From assembly GCF_018977255.1 (NCBI RefSeq), contig NW_024704742.1:126606001-126666000 (forward strand): 60,000 nucleotides of DNA, in the 5' to 3' direction. The notes under the pieces were generated by a model. It worked only from the letters and a program-made list of their open reading frames with translations, did not search any database and had not been told where the DNA came from. A program made the position numbers and the translations under genes. This stretch comes from Callorhinchus milii (taxonomy: Eukaryota). Within the stretch, counting starts at the first letter, position 1. The number at the start of each line of letters is the position of its first letter. Below are positions 43,184-57,900 of the stretch, piece after piece.

Positions 43184-46100
43184 ACAATAATATAGCAAAC
43201 AACTGTTTAACATCCAAATTTCATCATTAAATAAATAATACAAAATTTCCTTGCAATATGTATACCACCTACACACAGACATTTCTGTCTTTGTAATGGA
43301 ATGCACTCTATCCCAGGTGGGATGCATCCCATTTACATAATTCCAGAGAGTATTAGCTACAGGCTGGCAAGAGTCAAAGCTTGTGGACTGCAGAACTTGT
43401 ATTAGGATATTGCTGGGTTGCTTCTCAGCCTTTTGGCTAGGATCAGTTCTCCCCCTTTGAGGTTTGGATCGTGTATGGATACCACGAACCAAACCTTCAC
43501 ATGATTTATTCATGGAGGGCAGAGCTACTGCCAGGAAAGCCATGTCTTCAGACCTTTGTTGGCTGGGATCGGGATATCAGAGGGTCCTGATCTGAGGAGT
43601 TTGATCTTCCCTCAAAAAGAGCAGAGAAACTGGAATACAGATAAACCCTGGCTAGCCAGACAAATGGGAAGGAGGGGAATCTAGTGTGGCTAGCTGGAAT
43701 TTGCAGTTGAGTGCAATTACATTGCCAGTATTGGCATTTACCAGCAAATTTTATCACTTTTTTTAATGCAAACAAATCATGTAGACTGCTCAATGTAGTG
43801 TTGGCACTAATATAGTTGAGAGTCTACACACATGCCGGGTCCTGCGGAATTTGTTTTTAATTTTCTGTTTCAGGCCCATTTGGATATCTGCAGCCTGGAA
43901 ACTCTACAAGGAAATGGGTCCATGTCATCTTTTAAAGATTTGGGACTCAGATTTAGGTTGGAACTCCGATTCAGTTTAATTTGGCTTAGTGGGGGTGAGT
44001 GGGGAAAACCTCTCTCATCAAAAATAAATTGGGGCACTGCTAGAGTGTAACTAGATAAATTACATAGATTGTGATTGAGAGCACTGTTTGGCAAGTTTCT
44101 CGTTGTTTGTTCAGCTAGGACCACCTTATGTGTTAGGGATTAGTTTGTTGGGTTAACCAGAGCTGAGTAGGAAGAATCCCTGGTCTGAGTGATTAGTTTG
44201 CCCCTCCCAAGTCCTACTGATGAGTCAGCAGTGCAGTGAAGATACTAGACCAATAAATCAATATATTTGATATATAGTCAATTTACTTTACAGTGTATCC
44301 TGTAAACACATTGAGGCATCTCAACGACGTGATGAGTCACTATATCAAATGCAAAGATTATTATTATACTAAAATAATCCTGAATGTGTGCAGCAGACTT
44401 GAGCTGGTCCGCATTTTGTTAATGCATCGGAGAGATCAGAACTGGACCCTGAACTAGCGAATAAGCGACGTTACCTGTCTCACATAAGAAATTTACAGAC
44501 TTAAATACCAAGAGATTGCAAGAGCCAAGGGCATTCTGATTAAAAACCAAAATAAATTTTCCACACTCATCAATCATACACCAAGTGGTCTGAAAGTAAA
44601 GGTGCATTTAATAAACAGATTGAGAATATACAACAAACTAACTCAGCAAAGAATCTCCCTCTGGGGTGTAAAGTAAAATTGAAGTTGCAACAGTTCTAAA
44701 CAACTGCAAACAGTCTGTTACAATCTATAGACTACTCAGGATTATCATATTAAAATTAATGATAAAACTCAGGAGTAGTAGCGAATAACTACCTACCATT
44801 CACCTACCTGCTCAGAATGGCAATGTGGAAGGAGAAAGGAAATTGGCTGCTCTCTCATTTTGTACCTACTTTTTTAATCCGTCTTCTTAAAGGGGCTGTC
44901 AACTTACACTCACAGGAGATGGTAGTCAACAATTGGAGGCTGAATTTGGTCCCAGTGTAAACAGGATACAGTTAAAATAGATACCACAAAAGGTAAAATT
45001 ATATATGACTGAAAGCACAGATTTTCCATATCTACCTGGAGGTGGAGAGCAAAACGCCTTTGCATTTTACAGTATTGAGATTTCCTGTAAGAATTCCTGA
45101 CAGTCGAGACAGAGAGCTTTCTTGACAGTAAAATCTGGCAGCTGAAATAAATGTCAGGCATTGAGGAATCTTATAACTGAAGACTCTCTGATCATTATTG
45201 GCAGATATGGAGCTTGGTTTTGGTTTGGACAAATAGATTGTTATAATTACTGTATAAGCAATTATAACGTGTTGGGGTAAAAACACCATTTATGTACGAA
45301 AAACGTATTTCATCAAAATACACTCAGTAAAATGTTCATAATTAATAATAATTTATAATACTAATGATAAATAAGAATTCACAACTGTTTGTGGGACAAT
45401 GCTGTGCACAATTGGCTGCCGAGTTTCACCCACAAAATATAGTCAATTCACTTTACAATATATCCTGTGAAGTGCTTTGAGACATCTCAACGACGTGATA
45501 AGGCGCAATATCAAATGCAAGGATTATTATTATTTATTATATAAGTACCTAATTACAATTGGCAATCATTAAAGTCAAATTCACTGCAGAAATATTTTTA
45601 GTTTAAAAACAAAAATTGTGAGGCGTGTGTGCCAGAGGAAAGCCTTATTTGTCCTCCTTTGTGATGTTGTAATGATCCATACACAGAATATTACTCAGTC
45701 TCTGCTGTCCATTTCTACAACACTCACACATGCGCTCACACATTTCCACTGCACATATCTACACAATCTGCCTGTTCTTTTGGACATTAAAGATTTGTGG
45801 GACATCCTCCCAACGTAAAGTACAAATATGAATACGTATTGCATTATATCCCATGACAACTACAATATTCAAAAAGAGGTTCTTTTCTCTACGTTGTAGC
45901 CAACAATTCTCCACATAAAGTGGTCATTCACCCTCATGATTGTATGTGGGACCTTGCTGAGCACAAAATGTTTTTTGTGTTAGCTGATGAGAATAGTCAC
46001 TACACTTGTCAGAAACTGAACTACTGTGAAGCACTTTGAAGTATTTTGCCATGGTAAGGCACAATGCAAGGTTTTGATTCCAGCCCCATGACTATCCTTC

Positions 46101-46799
46101 TAGTTTACATGTTTTATTATGAAACTTTGTCCTCAATAAGAGTTGGCAGTGATGGGAGAATGATTTTCAGCCAATTGAAAACCTGAAGATTGAAATATTG
46201 TACTTGTGTAATAAAAAGAGCTTGGGCTGATCTGTGTTGCGTCAAAGATCTGCTGAGCAGCGAGCAAACACCCATAGCTCAATGGTGTCTGAATCAGTAA
46301 AGCTCTTCCCACCACAGTGAGGGTTACAAGGGAACGTGCTATGGGTCTTTAATGTGCTGAACATAGGTTATATTGATGCAAGAAAGGTCTGTCGAGTGAA
46401 AACGTTGTCTTGAACAAGTAGGCTGCGAAATTGCTTTCTTACTTACATGTGGGAACAGAGGACCGAAAGTGTGATCAAAAAGATGGGTCTTAAGGTGTGA
46501 TTTAAAAGTGGGAGTAAGGGGGCAAGGCAGAGAGACAGAATGGCTGAAAGCTCACCCACTGATGATGGGATGAATTGGGCAATGGGACATGAAGCAAGCT
46601 GCTGTAAACTGAACAGAGGGATTGGCAGAGCATGTAGGGTTGCAGAGGGTTGCAGAGGCGGAGGGTGAGGTTGTGGAAGGATTCAAACATGAGGACGAAG
46701 ATCTTAAATGCAATCTGGTTTTGCAGGTGTGCACAACAGCTTTAGCACAAGGTTTACACAGAGCATATAATTTTTTTTCACGTTGCTCACATGACACAT

Positions 46800-47915
46800 A
46801 CAACAACAAGATTACATTTGTATAGCGCCTTTCACGTCGGGAGAACGTCCCAAGGCGCTGGACAGCGTACAGCATTTCAGACCCGAGCTGGAGTTGGGGG
46901 GGGTAAGGGAGGGTAAGGGAAGGGGGGGTGGCCGATGGCTGAAGAGGAGGGTCTTGAGGCGGAACTTGAAGGAGGCTAAAGAGGGGGCGAGGTGGAGTGA
47001 CTGGGGGATGGAATTCCAGAGGTTGGGAGCAGAGTGGCTGAAGGATCTCCCCCAGTGGTGGGGTGGATGGGTCGGGGGACGTCGAACAGGTCAGAGCCGG
47101 CTGAGCAGAGGGAACGGGCGTGTTGGTAGGGGGTTAGGAAGTCGCAGAGGTAGAGTGGGGTGAGGCCATGGAGGGCTTTGTATGTTAGGACCAGGATCTT
47201 GAACTGGATGCTCTGAAGGATAGGAAGCCAGTGGAGTCGGGCGAGAGTGGGGGAGATGGGGTCACGGAGTTTGGTGCAGGAGAAGACACGGGCTGCAGAG
47301 TTCTGGATTATCTGCAGCCTGTGGAGGGGGGAGTTGGGAAGGCCGACAAGCAGGGCGTTTGCATAGTCGAGTCTGGAGGTGATGAAGACATGAACAAGAG
47401 TTTCAGCGGCCTGAGGGGTGAGGTAGTGGCGGAGTCGGGTGATGTTACGGAGGTGAGGGAAGGCAGAGTGGGTCATGGCTTGAATATGGGGGAGAAAAGA
47501 CAGTTGAGGGTTGAACGAGACACCTAGGTTCCTGACTGGCTTTGTGAGTTGTAGTGTGCAATATGGAGGTTGATGTTGCCAGAGCCTGAGGTGCTGAGGC
47601 GCTGGTGTGAGCCAATCAGGAGGGCCTCAGTCTTGTTCACATTCAACTGTAGGAAATTTGCCCTCATCCAGGACTTGATATCCTACAGGCAGTCTGTCAG
47701 GACAGCAGTGGTCCTGGAGTTGAGGGTGGAGGCAGAAAGATAGAGTTGGGTGTCATCCGCATACATGTGGAAGTTGACCCCATGTCTGCGGATGATGTCA
47801 CCAAGGGAGAGCGTGTAGATATTAAAGAGGAGAGGGCCAAGGACAGAGCCCTGGGGGATGCCAGAGTGACAGTGCGGGAGCTGGAGGAGAAACCGTTAGA
47901 GGCAACAAAGTGGAT
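46800..47915 (-). mobile_element. L2 LINE 3' portion with RT catalytic motif
   Basis: [43 protein letters not shown] followed by an in-frame TAG; ORF 46976-47476; tail at 46800-46860. Confidence 0.92.
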
Positions 47916-48108
47916 CTACATAGTAGATTCTTATGGCACATAGAAATATATATTTTTAAAAATTCAGTGACTAGCAAGCGTAAAATGATCAATTCTGAAA
48001 GATATAAAATTGGTTAGAGTAACTAGGTCCTTCGCTTCACAAAAAATAACGATATGCAAAGGACTATAAATACCCAGTGTGTCCCAAGCAATCATAATTT
48101 CGGCACTT

Positions 48109-48114
48109 TTTATT
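48109..48114 (-). terminator. Candidate RUSC2 polyadenylation signal AATAAA
   Basis: tttatt on +, about 680 bp after the stop in an AT-rich 3' UTR-like stretch. Confidence 0.4.
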
Positions 48115-48790
48115 AATATGCAAAATAAATAATACAATACATGTTGAAAGAATGTCAAAATAAAACTAAATGTGGTGCACCTTCTTTGACTGCATATGTA
48201 CAAGCAGGAGGTATATATTACTACAAATTGTTATATTTTCATTGATTCCTCTGCTAGCTGAAACATGAAACATTCTCATCGAATGGTTTGCAAGGGTAGG
48301 CAGCAAAGTCACCCTCCAGCATCCAATCAAGGCACCAATACTGTCTTTCACAAACAGAAATACTGCCTGTTGTCTGCACGTCACAAATTCATGCAATTTA
48401 CACAATCTCAAATAAAACTTTGATGTACATTATTAAATAATAAAAACTGTAACATATACTAATTCTGTACCACTTACAGGAAAGGCTGTCAAATTTAAAG
48501 CTGCTCATATACTATTCAAGGCATGTGAAAATTAGAACAAATGGGGTTGTGTGCCATGCATGCATATAGTCACTAACACTAGAACGAGAATTGAGTGAGG
48601 AGAAATATTTCCTATTTGTTATTGTTTACTGAATGCACTCAATGACGATTAAAGGAATAAGCAAATAAATATTGGCAATTTTGTGTTTCTTTTGCTTGAT
48701 TTGATCTTGTTGGAAGTTAATTTGTTCACTTTCTCTCCGTTCTCTCCCACCCACCACCATTCATTTTGCACAGTTCTTTGAGCATTCAGA

Positions 48791-48971
48791 TTAATAGTCT
48801 TCATCTTCTGGATGAGTCACGTACATAATGGGTACCAATCCACACTCAGCACCAAGGCCACACAGCAGCCAATCTGCATCGACTTTGGATACCACCCTCA
48901 GAATGTCGCCTTTCTTAAAGCTCAGCTGTCCCTTCTCGGTTGCTATGTGATGACAAAGTGCTTTCACTGTT
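48791..48971 (-). CDS. RUSC2: RUSC2 last exon, SH3 domain
   Basis: aag|[59 protein letters not shown]. Confidence 0.92.
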
Positions 48972-51900
48972 CTTCAAGGGGAAAAAAAGGAAAATGTGTC
49001 TGAAATGCTGAATGCAACACGCAGGGTTCAATATTAATTGCTTTTTCATGTCAACTCCCACCACCCAATTCCCAACTGATATTTTTCTTGATATCCTCCT
49101 GCATTTTCTTTTAATATATGAAATACCCAACTGCATCATTTTTTGGGTTAAACTTGAAAAGTAATCTCCCAATAAATAATAAATTTAACATGATCAACAA
49201 CAAGAAAGTACACAACTCAGATGGGACATTAAACCGAGGTCCCGTCTATCTGTTCAGGTGGCCATTAAAGATCCAATGACATTATTCAAAAAGAGAAGTG
49301 AGGTTCTCCTGGTGTTCTAGCCAACAAGGCCAGTATGTCGCAAGCGATCATAATTTCGGCAAATAATCCCCCCAAAAATTTGTCACTCTGGTTGTTCGTG
49401 CAACTTTGCTATGTGCAAATGTGCTGCCGTTTTAGCCAGCAAATACACAGTCACTCCATTTCACAATATTTCCTGTGAAGCGCTTTGAGATGTCCTTCTG
49501 ATGTGTAAAGCAAGGATTATTATTATTATTATTAACTCAGAAGAAGGAAGTTGAATGGTCAGTTCAGATTTGACTCTTAGAGTGATAACAATATGGAATA
49601 GACTAGGCAGGTAGACAGTAGAGGTAGATTGTGCCAACTAATTCAAGGGGGAATTCAGTAGCTACTTGATGAAGAATTTAATTGATTGAGGGATATAAGA
49701 GATAGAATCATGTAGGATTATCTTGTTTAACTTTGGAACTGGCCAGGTGGATTACAGCGGTCTTTTTCTTTTTCGTATGTTTCCATCTTGGAAACAAACA
49801 GAAAGTCCTGTAGTTCATTGGTTAGGGCACTCGCCTCGCAAACGAGAGACCTGGGTTTGATTCCCGGCAGGATGAAATGTTGGACAGGTTTCCTTACTCC
49901 ACACGCCTCTGTTTACCTAGCAGTACATAGGAACCCGTTTGTTAGTCGATTAGTACATTGCTTTTCCGGGGGCAATAATTCCTTCAAAAAAATAAATAAA
50001 TTGGTCACTCAATCTACGATTGTTGTAGGACACTGCTGTGCGCAATTGGCTGCCGCGTTTCACCCACAAAATATACCGTCAATTCAACTGAAACCATTTC
50101 ACACAGAATATATAACAAGTGCCCCAGGATCAGGGAAACAATGTAAAAACTACTACCGCTCATGCTGAGCTTTTGTTTCTTGAGATTCAGGCTGACTACC
50201 TCCAGACTGTTGTGGGGTTTGTTCTACTGTGGGTGGAGGTCCTCTCCATTTCCCAGTTCCCATAGTTTGCACCATTAGATCATACACTGATTGATCAAGT
50301 CCCAACCAGCCAGAGGGCAACCTGAAAACCAAAGAAAACAATAAATTAATATCCTAACATACTACAAATAATCAAATGGACTCACGGTGCTGTTCTACAG
50401 GTCAGAGGTGGGAACTTCCAATTGGTAACTCATTGAGTGAGATTCTTTCATCTTTGGCAACCTTTGAAACTATTAACACAATGACGACAAATTACACATG
50501 TATCACACCTTTCACCTCAGGAGGATGTCCCAAGGCACTGGACAGTCAAGGATTTGCACCCTATACATTGTTGATTTTTGTTTAATATAAGCAACTAATT
50601 ACTTCATGAATTAGGTCTTGAATTATTTGGTCCAAATCTAGAGAAGCATTTTAAAATTATCAAGGTGTTCACACACAGGATAGATAAAACGTACTTAAAT
50701 GTATGTATGAATGTACTTCTAACTCAGGTGGGATCAAATATAATCAATCCAATTATTGTCAAACAACAGTTAGTTTTATCTTTTTATTAAAGAGACAGGA
50801 GTGTAATTAATACTCAATAACACATAAATGCAATCCACAAACATTTTGAGGGTTACTTCGAGAGAGCAGACCAAAGCAATTCACAAAGTCCACATTTAAT
50901 CTCACCTGGTGAAACCTCCTACTTAAATTTGTTTCAGCAAAATGACCCCAGTGCAGTCAGTTTCAAGATTGTGACCTTCGATATATACTTAACTTTTGTA
51001 TCAATTCAGTGTAAAATGTACACTATAATTAAGCCACTAATTTGGTCAGTTAGAGATGGAAAGGACGGCTACTGAGAAAAACAGAAAGCAAGTACTGGTC
51101 CAGTAAGGTTCTCTCTCCGAAGCTACAATGATAGTCTGAGGTCGATGTCTAATTGTACAATGCTTGACCTGGAAGCGAAGACAATGTGCACAAAATGTGA
51201 GGAAGAAAAATCTATTTTCCAGCACAGGCAATCCTTGCCAAAAATTATGCTAAAATAAGATTTGGTAGAGATCCAAGCAGTTTATACAGGTCATTTTTAC
51301 ACAGAAGATAATTAATGACTGGAAAGTGTTGCCAGGGTAGAGGCACTGTATTGAAGCATTCAAAAAACAGCTTGATGCTGTAATGGGAAAAGGCAGGATT
51401 GATATTCTGGAAGGATTAGATTAATTAGGCTGAAGAGTCTTCTGCATCCAAACTTTATTTGTCATCTCATGAAGTTGTTTCATCAACCTCTGAATTGGAA
51501 CATGATAATTGTAGGACTATAGCAATCTATTGGGATTGGGGTGGGGGGGGGGGGGGGAGTTTATGGGAAGGAAAAAAAACTTAAATCTGGAGGGAAGAGG
51601 AAATATATTTTGCTTTTTAATATTCTTCAAAAATAATATTGGGTTACACATGAGATACTAAATTGCCGAAATGTTTGACGCCAGATTCGTAAAATGGTGA
51701 ATCACAAATCAGAAAGCTTTGGCAAAAGGCCCTTTGATTAAAACAATGAATAGTCACCAGCCGTTCTTTAGATTCTGCTGCCTTTGGATTCAAGATTTGC
51801 CTTTTCCGAATCTCACAATCTGATATTCGCAGTGGATTGCAATTAGCAACTCAAATCCGGTTGGCAACTGGCACATTTTATACCCATCATTTGGAAAGTA

Positions 51901-54900
51901 AACATTTAAATTGAAACATCTGTTAAACCCTGACTCTGCAATTACCTGCTTCTATCCCGCTACCTCACCCACTCTGCTTATCAATCCCGCTTTTAAACCT
52001 ATCTCTGCAACCACACCTAGGGTCACTTTCCCTCCCCCTTACTCCAACCCCTACCTCTGTGAAGTGTTCAGACACATTATTCTATGTGAAGGGTGCTTTC
52101 GAAACTTGAAAAATGGGTCACATCTAAATCTGACACAAAGAGCAAACTGTCCAATATTCAGAACAATAGTATACAATCAGAACAAATGGTGCCCCAATAG
52201 TTCTCACCTGCTTCTCTGGGATTTCCCCAGACATGGTTCTTCCTTTCTAGTCTGATTTACACTTGCACCAAACAAGCGACCCCACCACATCCCTGGCCTG
52301 CCCGCGGCAAGCTCTTGGCTTGGCTTTCCTTCTGCAGCTTGTTCACGTGTCACCATGTTTCCATTTGCTTTACTGGGTTTAAGTTCGTGGAGCATAGACT
52401 CTGGAGGGCTGCCCATCCAGGAGGGCTTAGCTTCCTTTTTAGGGCCCTTGGTCTGAGCTTCCCCCCGATGTTCCTTAGCTGCTGCTCCCTCTCTGGAGTG
52501 ACGACATGGAACACTTGTAATGTTTGATTTTTCCAGTCCACAAACGGACCCATTCTCCGCTCCTTCTGCAACACCTTCTCGCAGGGGCACCTTCTCTATT
52601 CCTCCCCTTTGCCATTGAGGTGCTGCAGCTGTACTTTGCTTCTTTCTCTTCTCCCATTTTACAAAATTTGATCCATCCCCAGACCCTTCAATATACACCT
52701 GGGAGCTCTGCATGAGCTGGTACCACCACCCTGCCTGCTTATCCTTCTTCATCGCAATCACTTTCTCTTTACTCTTTCTCTCCATAGTCTGTACATCTTC
52801 ATCTGGTTCATCCACGAATATTCCATCTCTTGCTGTTGCAACCTTTGCATCTTCACTTTGTGCAATTCCTTCCGATCTGCTCTCTCTGTTTGTTTCAGGC
52901 CCAGAACTGAAGCTAACGCCATCGCCTTTGGTTCTCATCAGCTGGAAGGTGGAGTGCACAGACTGCAGCAGGTCCTGCTTCACCCGCAGTTGCTCCTTCT
53001 TCTTCAGTTGCTCCTTGTTCATTTGCATAACTTGGTGCTCAAACATCAAATCCAGATCGAAGGGAAGCAATGAAAGAGGCTGCAGTAAAAGAAGCAGCTC
53101 CTCAAACAGCGGTTGGCAAACACTGTGCGATAGTGCCAGGAAGCCAGTGGGCAGATAGTGGACACCAATAATATCTAACAGAAGGAAAATAAAGATTTTT
53201 TAAAAAAGATTTTGAACTTATGCAACTTTGACATAGTAGTTCAATTTGGGCGTATTTCTAAATGATCGAGGGATTGTCATTATCGAGGGATTGCCTATTA
53301 TTATTTCCAAACAGGATTTCTCAATGAAGAAATCTGAGTGGGGATTCCTCCTGCTAAAGGAAGTACAGTTCATCACACTTCACTCTGACTGGAACAACCG
53401 ACTCTTAAAACAGATTGAGGAGAAACATTATTGGGAGTCGGCATAACCAACAACGCAGATTTCTTGGGTCACTTAAAGAGAAAATAAACTATGAAAATTG
53501 TTTTTTTTTAATTACGTCTGCAATTCTGGCAGCTGCACACATCATCAGTGTTGCCACAGTTACGTTTAAAATACAAGGATGCAAGGGCTACAACAGCAAT
53601 TGTGCTTTATTTTTTCTTACCTTCATGATTGTTTAAGTGGTTAAACCAAAATTCCAAGGACCTAATACTGCAACAAAAGAACAGAAAGATATTGAGTACA
53701 AAAAAAGTATTAAACCCACAGGGAGTTTTTTTTAAAAAACAGGGCAGAAAAATGTGAAACTCTTAGTTCGTCAATCTTTCATTTTTTGCTACTCCTCATC
53801 TAATTATATAAACAGACAATTTTTTTGTTAAAAAGGAATTTTGGAAGGGATTTAAACAATTTTAGATTAACAACAACAACAACAAGATTTAATTTATAGA
53901 GCGCCTTTCACGTCGGGAGGACATCCCAAGGTGCTGGACAGTTGGGTCGGGACCCGAGCAGGGGGGAACTGGTCAGGAGGAGGGGAGGGAAGGGAGTGAG
54001 TGAGGAGGGGGTAGGGAGTCGAGAGGGGAGCTGAAGGCACGGTCGAAGAGAAAGGTCTTGAGACCGGCCTTGAAGGAGGAAAGGGAGGAAGCAAGGCGAA
54101 GGCACTGGGGGATGGAGTTCCAGAGCCTCGGGGCTGAGAGGCTGAAGGCCCGACCACCGATGGTAGGGCGGTTAGGGCGGCGGGGGATGTGGAGCAGACC
54201 GGAGCCAGAGGAACGGAGGGTACGGGCAGGTAAGTAGGGGGATAGTAGGTCGGAGAGGTAGGAGGGAGCAAGGCCGTGAATGGCCTTGTAGGTGAGGATG
54301 AGGATCTTGAAATCAATCCTCTGGGGGATGGGGAGCCAGTGGAGGCGAGCGAGGGTGGGAGTGATGTGGTCCCGAAGCCTGGTGCGTGACAGTACACGAG
54401 CTGCAGAGTTCTGAATGACCTGCAGCTTGTGGAGGGAGGTGCCAGGAAAGCCGGCGAGGAGAGAGTTCCCATAGTCCAGCCTTGAGGTGATAAAGGCATG
54501 GACCAGTGTTTCAGCAGTGAGGGGTGAGGTAGTGCCCTAGTCTGGTGATATTCCGGAGGTGGTGGAAGGCGGTGCCAGTTATGGCGCGGATATGAGGAAG
54601 AAAGGACAGCTCAGGGTCGAACAGAACAGATTAAGGAGCATAACAAGGAGGGTACATTCATATATTTATAAGGATGCTACTGGAGGTGAGATGATTAGAG
54701 CTATGAAGAGAGTCAAGTTAAGGATTCTTTGCAATGAAGCAGAGAAGGTTGAGGGTTGATATCATAGAGGTGTTTAAGATAGTGAAAGGGTTTGAGAAGG
54801 GTTTGCCAACCTCCTGCATACCAGAATTACTGTGCATAAATTGGCTGCCTCATTCACCTACAAAATACTTTAAATGTAGACCCTACACTTTAAGTGAAAA

Positions 54901-57900
54901 TCCCGTGAAGGGCTTTGAGACATTCTACTGACATGAAAGGCATCATATCCAATGCAAGGATTACAACAACATCAAAATTACATTTATAGAGTGCCTTTCA
55001 CATCGGGAAGACATCCCAAAGCGCTGAACAGTCAGCATAGGGGAGGGGTGGTGTAGGGGTGAGGGTAGGCAGAGAGGTGGGAAGGTGACCAAAGGCACGA
55101 TCAAATAGAAGGGTCTTGAGACCGGCCTTGAAGGAGGCAAGGGAGGAAGTGAGGCGAAGGGAACATGAGATGGAATTCCAGAGTGTGGGGGCAGAAAGGC
55201 TGAAAGCCTGACTACCAATGGTAGGGCGGGTCGGGCGGGAGGCGTGGAGCAGACCAGAGCCCGCTGAACGGAGGGAACGGGCATGTTGGTAGGGAGTCAG
55301 CAGGTCAGAGAGGTAGGAGGGGGCAAGGCTATGGATGGACTTGAAAGTGAGGATGAGGATCTTGAACTCGATCCTCTGGGGGATGGGGAGCCAGTGGAGT
55401 CGGGCAAGGGTGAGAGTGATGGAGTCATGGAGACTGGTATGTGAAGGGAAGAGGCTTACTTAAGGTAAGCTTTAAGTGTGAAGGGAAGAGATTACTTAAG
55501 GATTATTATTTAGTTTATAATGTGAACCTTCTTTCACATAGGAAAATGTCTCAAAGCATATTACTGAGATGGAGTAGGAGGCAGAGCTTCAACCGTGCCT
55601 TCAGCTCCCCTCTCGACTCTCTAGCCCCTCCTCGCTCCCTCCCTTTCCTCCCCTCACCCTGGCCATTTCCCCCCTGCTCGGGTCTCGACCCAACTGTCCA
55701 GCACCTTGGGACGTCCTCCCGATGTGAAAGGCGCTCTATAAATGAAATCTTGTTGTTGTTGAGCTGGTTAGGAGATGGGGTGTAGGAGGAAGGTGACTAA
55801 ATATGCACTAATTGTAAATAGGGAGGAAGTCTAAAGGAAGCAATTCCACATCCAGGTGCTTGCTTTACTCTGGATGCAGTCAGTTCAATACCATCTCAGT
55901 AAGCACCAATGATTGTCTTATAGCTATTTTGTTCGGTTTGCTGTGGAGAGTGTCGGGTTGTAACACAGCTGGGGATGCAGTGAGGACAAGATCAGCCTGA
56001 GTACTTTTGGAGCCCCTTTTCTAGGCTGAATAGATGTGTGGCTACAGCTGGGAGTTTACGAGGGCAGCTTCTTATTGCTCCCAGGACAGAAAGCTAGAGG
56101 CAGGGACATGAAGCAGAATGTGTGTGAGAGCGTGGCCCTATGCCATCATCATCATTCATCCTACAGGTCGGATAGAATGTGAGGTGTGTTTTGTGTTGGA
56201 TTTTGAACTGGCCACATCTCATTCTGCAGATGGATGTAGAAGAGGAGGAGGAGGAGTTGAATTCTAGTGAAGTTAGTTTAGAGGGCATGAATGGCATTAG
56301 TCCATATAATCAATTGGTCATTTTCAATCCACGACTGTTTGTGGGACACTGCTGTGCGCAATTGGCTGCCACGTTTCGCCCATAAATATGCAGTCAATTC
56401 AATTTATAGCATATTCTGTGAAGAGCTTTGAGACATCTAGAAGACGTGAAAAGCGCTCTATCAAATGCAAGGATTATTATTATTATTATTATATCCAGCC
56501 GTGTGATCAGCCAACTTCTGAACTGAAACCTTTTGTTAAATAATGCAACAGTCTTCTTTATGCTAACGTGATCCATTGTTAAGTTATGAATTAGCTGTAA
56601 CTTACTTGAGAAGACCAAAGATGAAAGCATTAAATCTAATGCTGTGATTAGTTAATTCAGTGTACTGACTTATCTTGCAAAACAGATTGTTGAGTGCCTT
56701 GGTCGAAGGACCTGTAAAAGAAAAAAACTTTTAACATCAAAATAAAGCTGTAAATCCTTCAACTTTCCATATGGTTCAATGGGTTAGCAAACTATTCTTT
56801 TACCTCCAGGTTTTTGAGTTTTAACCAAGCTCATGGTCATGAAAGCAATCACAAAATCATAGAATCATAGAATCCTTCAACACAGATGGAGACCATTCGG
56901 TCCATTGTGCTATCCAATTCATCCCACTCCCCATAGTCTTGTAATTTTTTTTCCTTTCAACTAAATATCCAATTTCCTTTTGAAAAAACATTACATTTTA
57001 TGCTGTAATTAGTTAACCAAGTGTTTCCATTCCCTGACAACTCAATCAATGGATTTGAGTTTTGGCACAAAGATCCCCAATTTAAAATGCACTTTACATT
57101 CATTGATTCACTGTGCATCAGAACAAACAACATTATGAGCCAGCCTGGCTCGTTTCTTAAACTTTAAGGGCAGACCAATTATTTGAGGGTAGAGATTCTT
57201 CACATTCCACTCCAGTTGATCCTGCAGGCCAAAGTCCTAGCAGGTAGGGTGGTCGTGTATCCTTTTCTAGCTGTTATTTGGCATTTTTGGGGTGGAACCT
57301 CTACCTTAATCCTCACTTTAATTCTGAACACTGAAGATTTTATATAACAATGATTGAAACTGCTGGTCATACCAAGCTGAGTGGAGGCCTCAATCACAGT
57401 CCATGGCAGGTTCTTCCTTTGTCCCACAATCACGTCCAGAACATATGCCTTCAACCCATCCTGAAGAATGTTTCTCATGGCTGGACACAGGTATTTAAGT
57501 ATCAGATGACCCACATTCGGACTTACTGAACTGTTGCCGAGCTTGGCCTGAAAAGTAACAAGCCTCTACAGTTCATCTACTTTTATGTCTGCTACAGTAC
57601 GATATACAGTAGGTTTATTTTCAATAATTAACCTTAATATTCAACAGTGTTTCAAAAGCTAACTGTGTCAGCGAGGACCATATTTATTACTGGAAACAGC
57701 ACAAATAATGCACTCACAATAAATAATCCTATTTTCTCACTCTCAAAATCGGTAGCAGGGCAATAATCCTACAAATTGGTGGAGTCACATATGGGGTAAC
57801 ATTCCACTTGAGTTTAGATTTATTATGTATGTCATATGTAATGTAATAAGTCACACCACTAAAATTAAAAAGGTGAATTCACTATAGGAAACTATTACTT

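Noticed and set aside
43172..43543. ORF containing HPTWD, faintly like the gammaretroviral Gag HQPTWDD motif
   Set aside because: Five-residue match only; no major homology region, LTRs, primer-binding site or pol nearby
52712..53158. 148 aa plus-strand ORF
   Set aside because: Antisense shadow of the large RUSC2 exon
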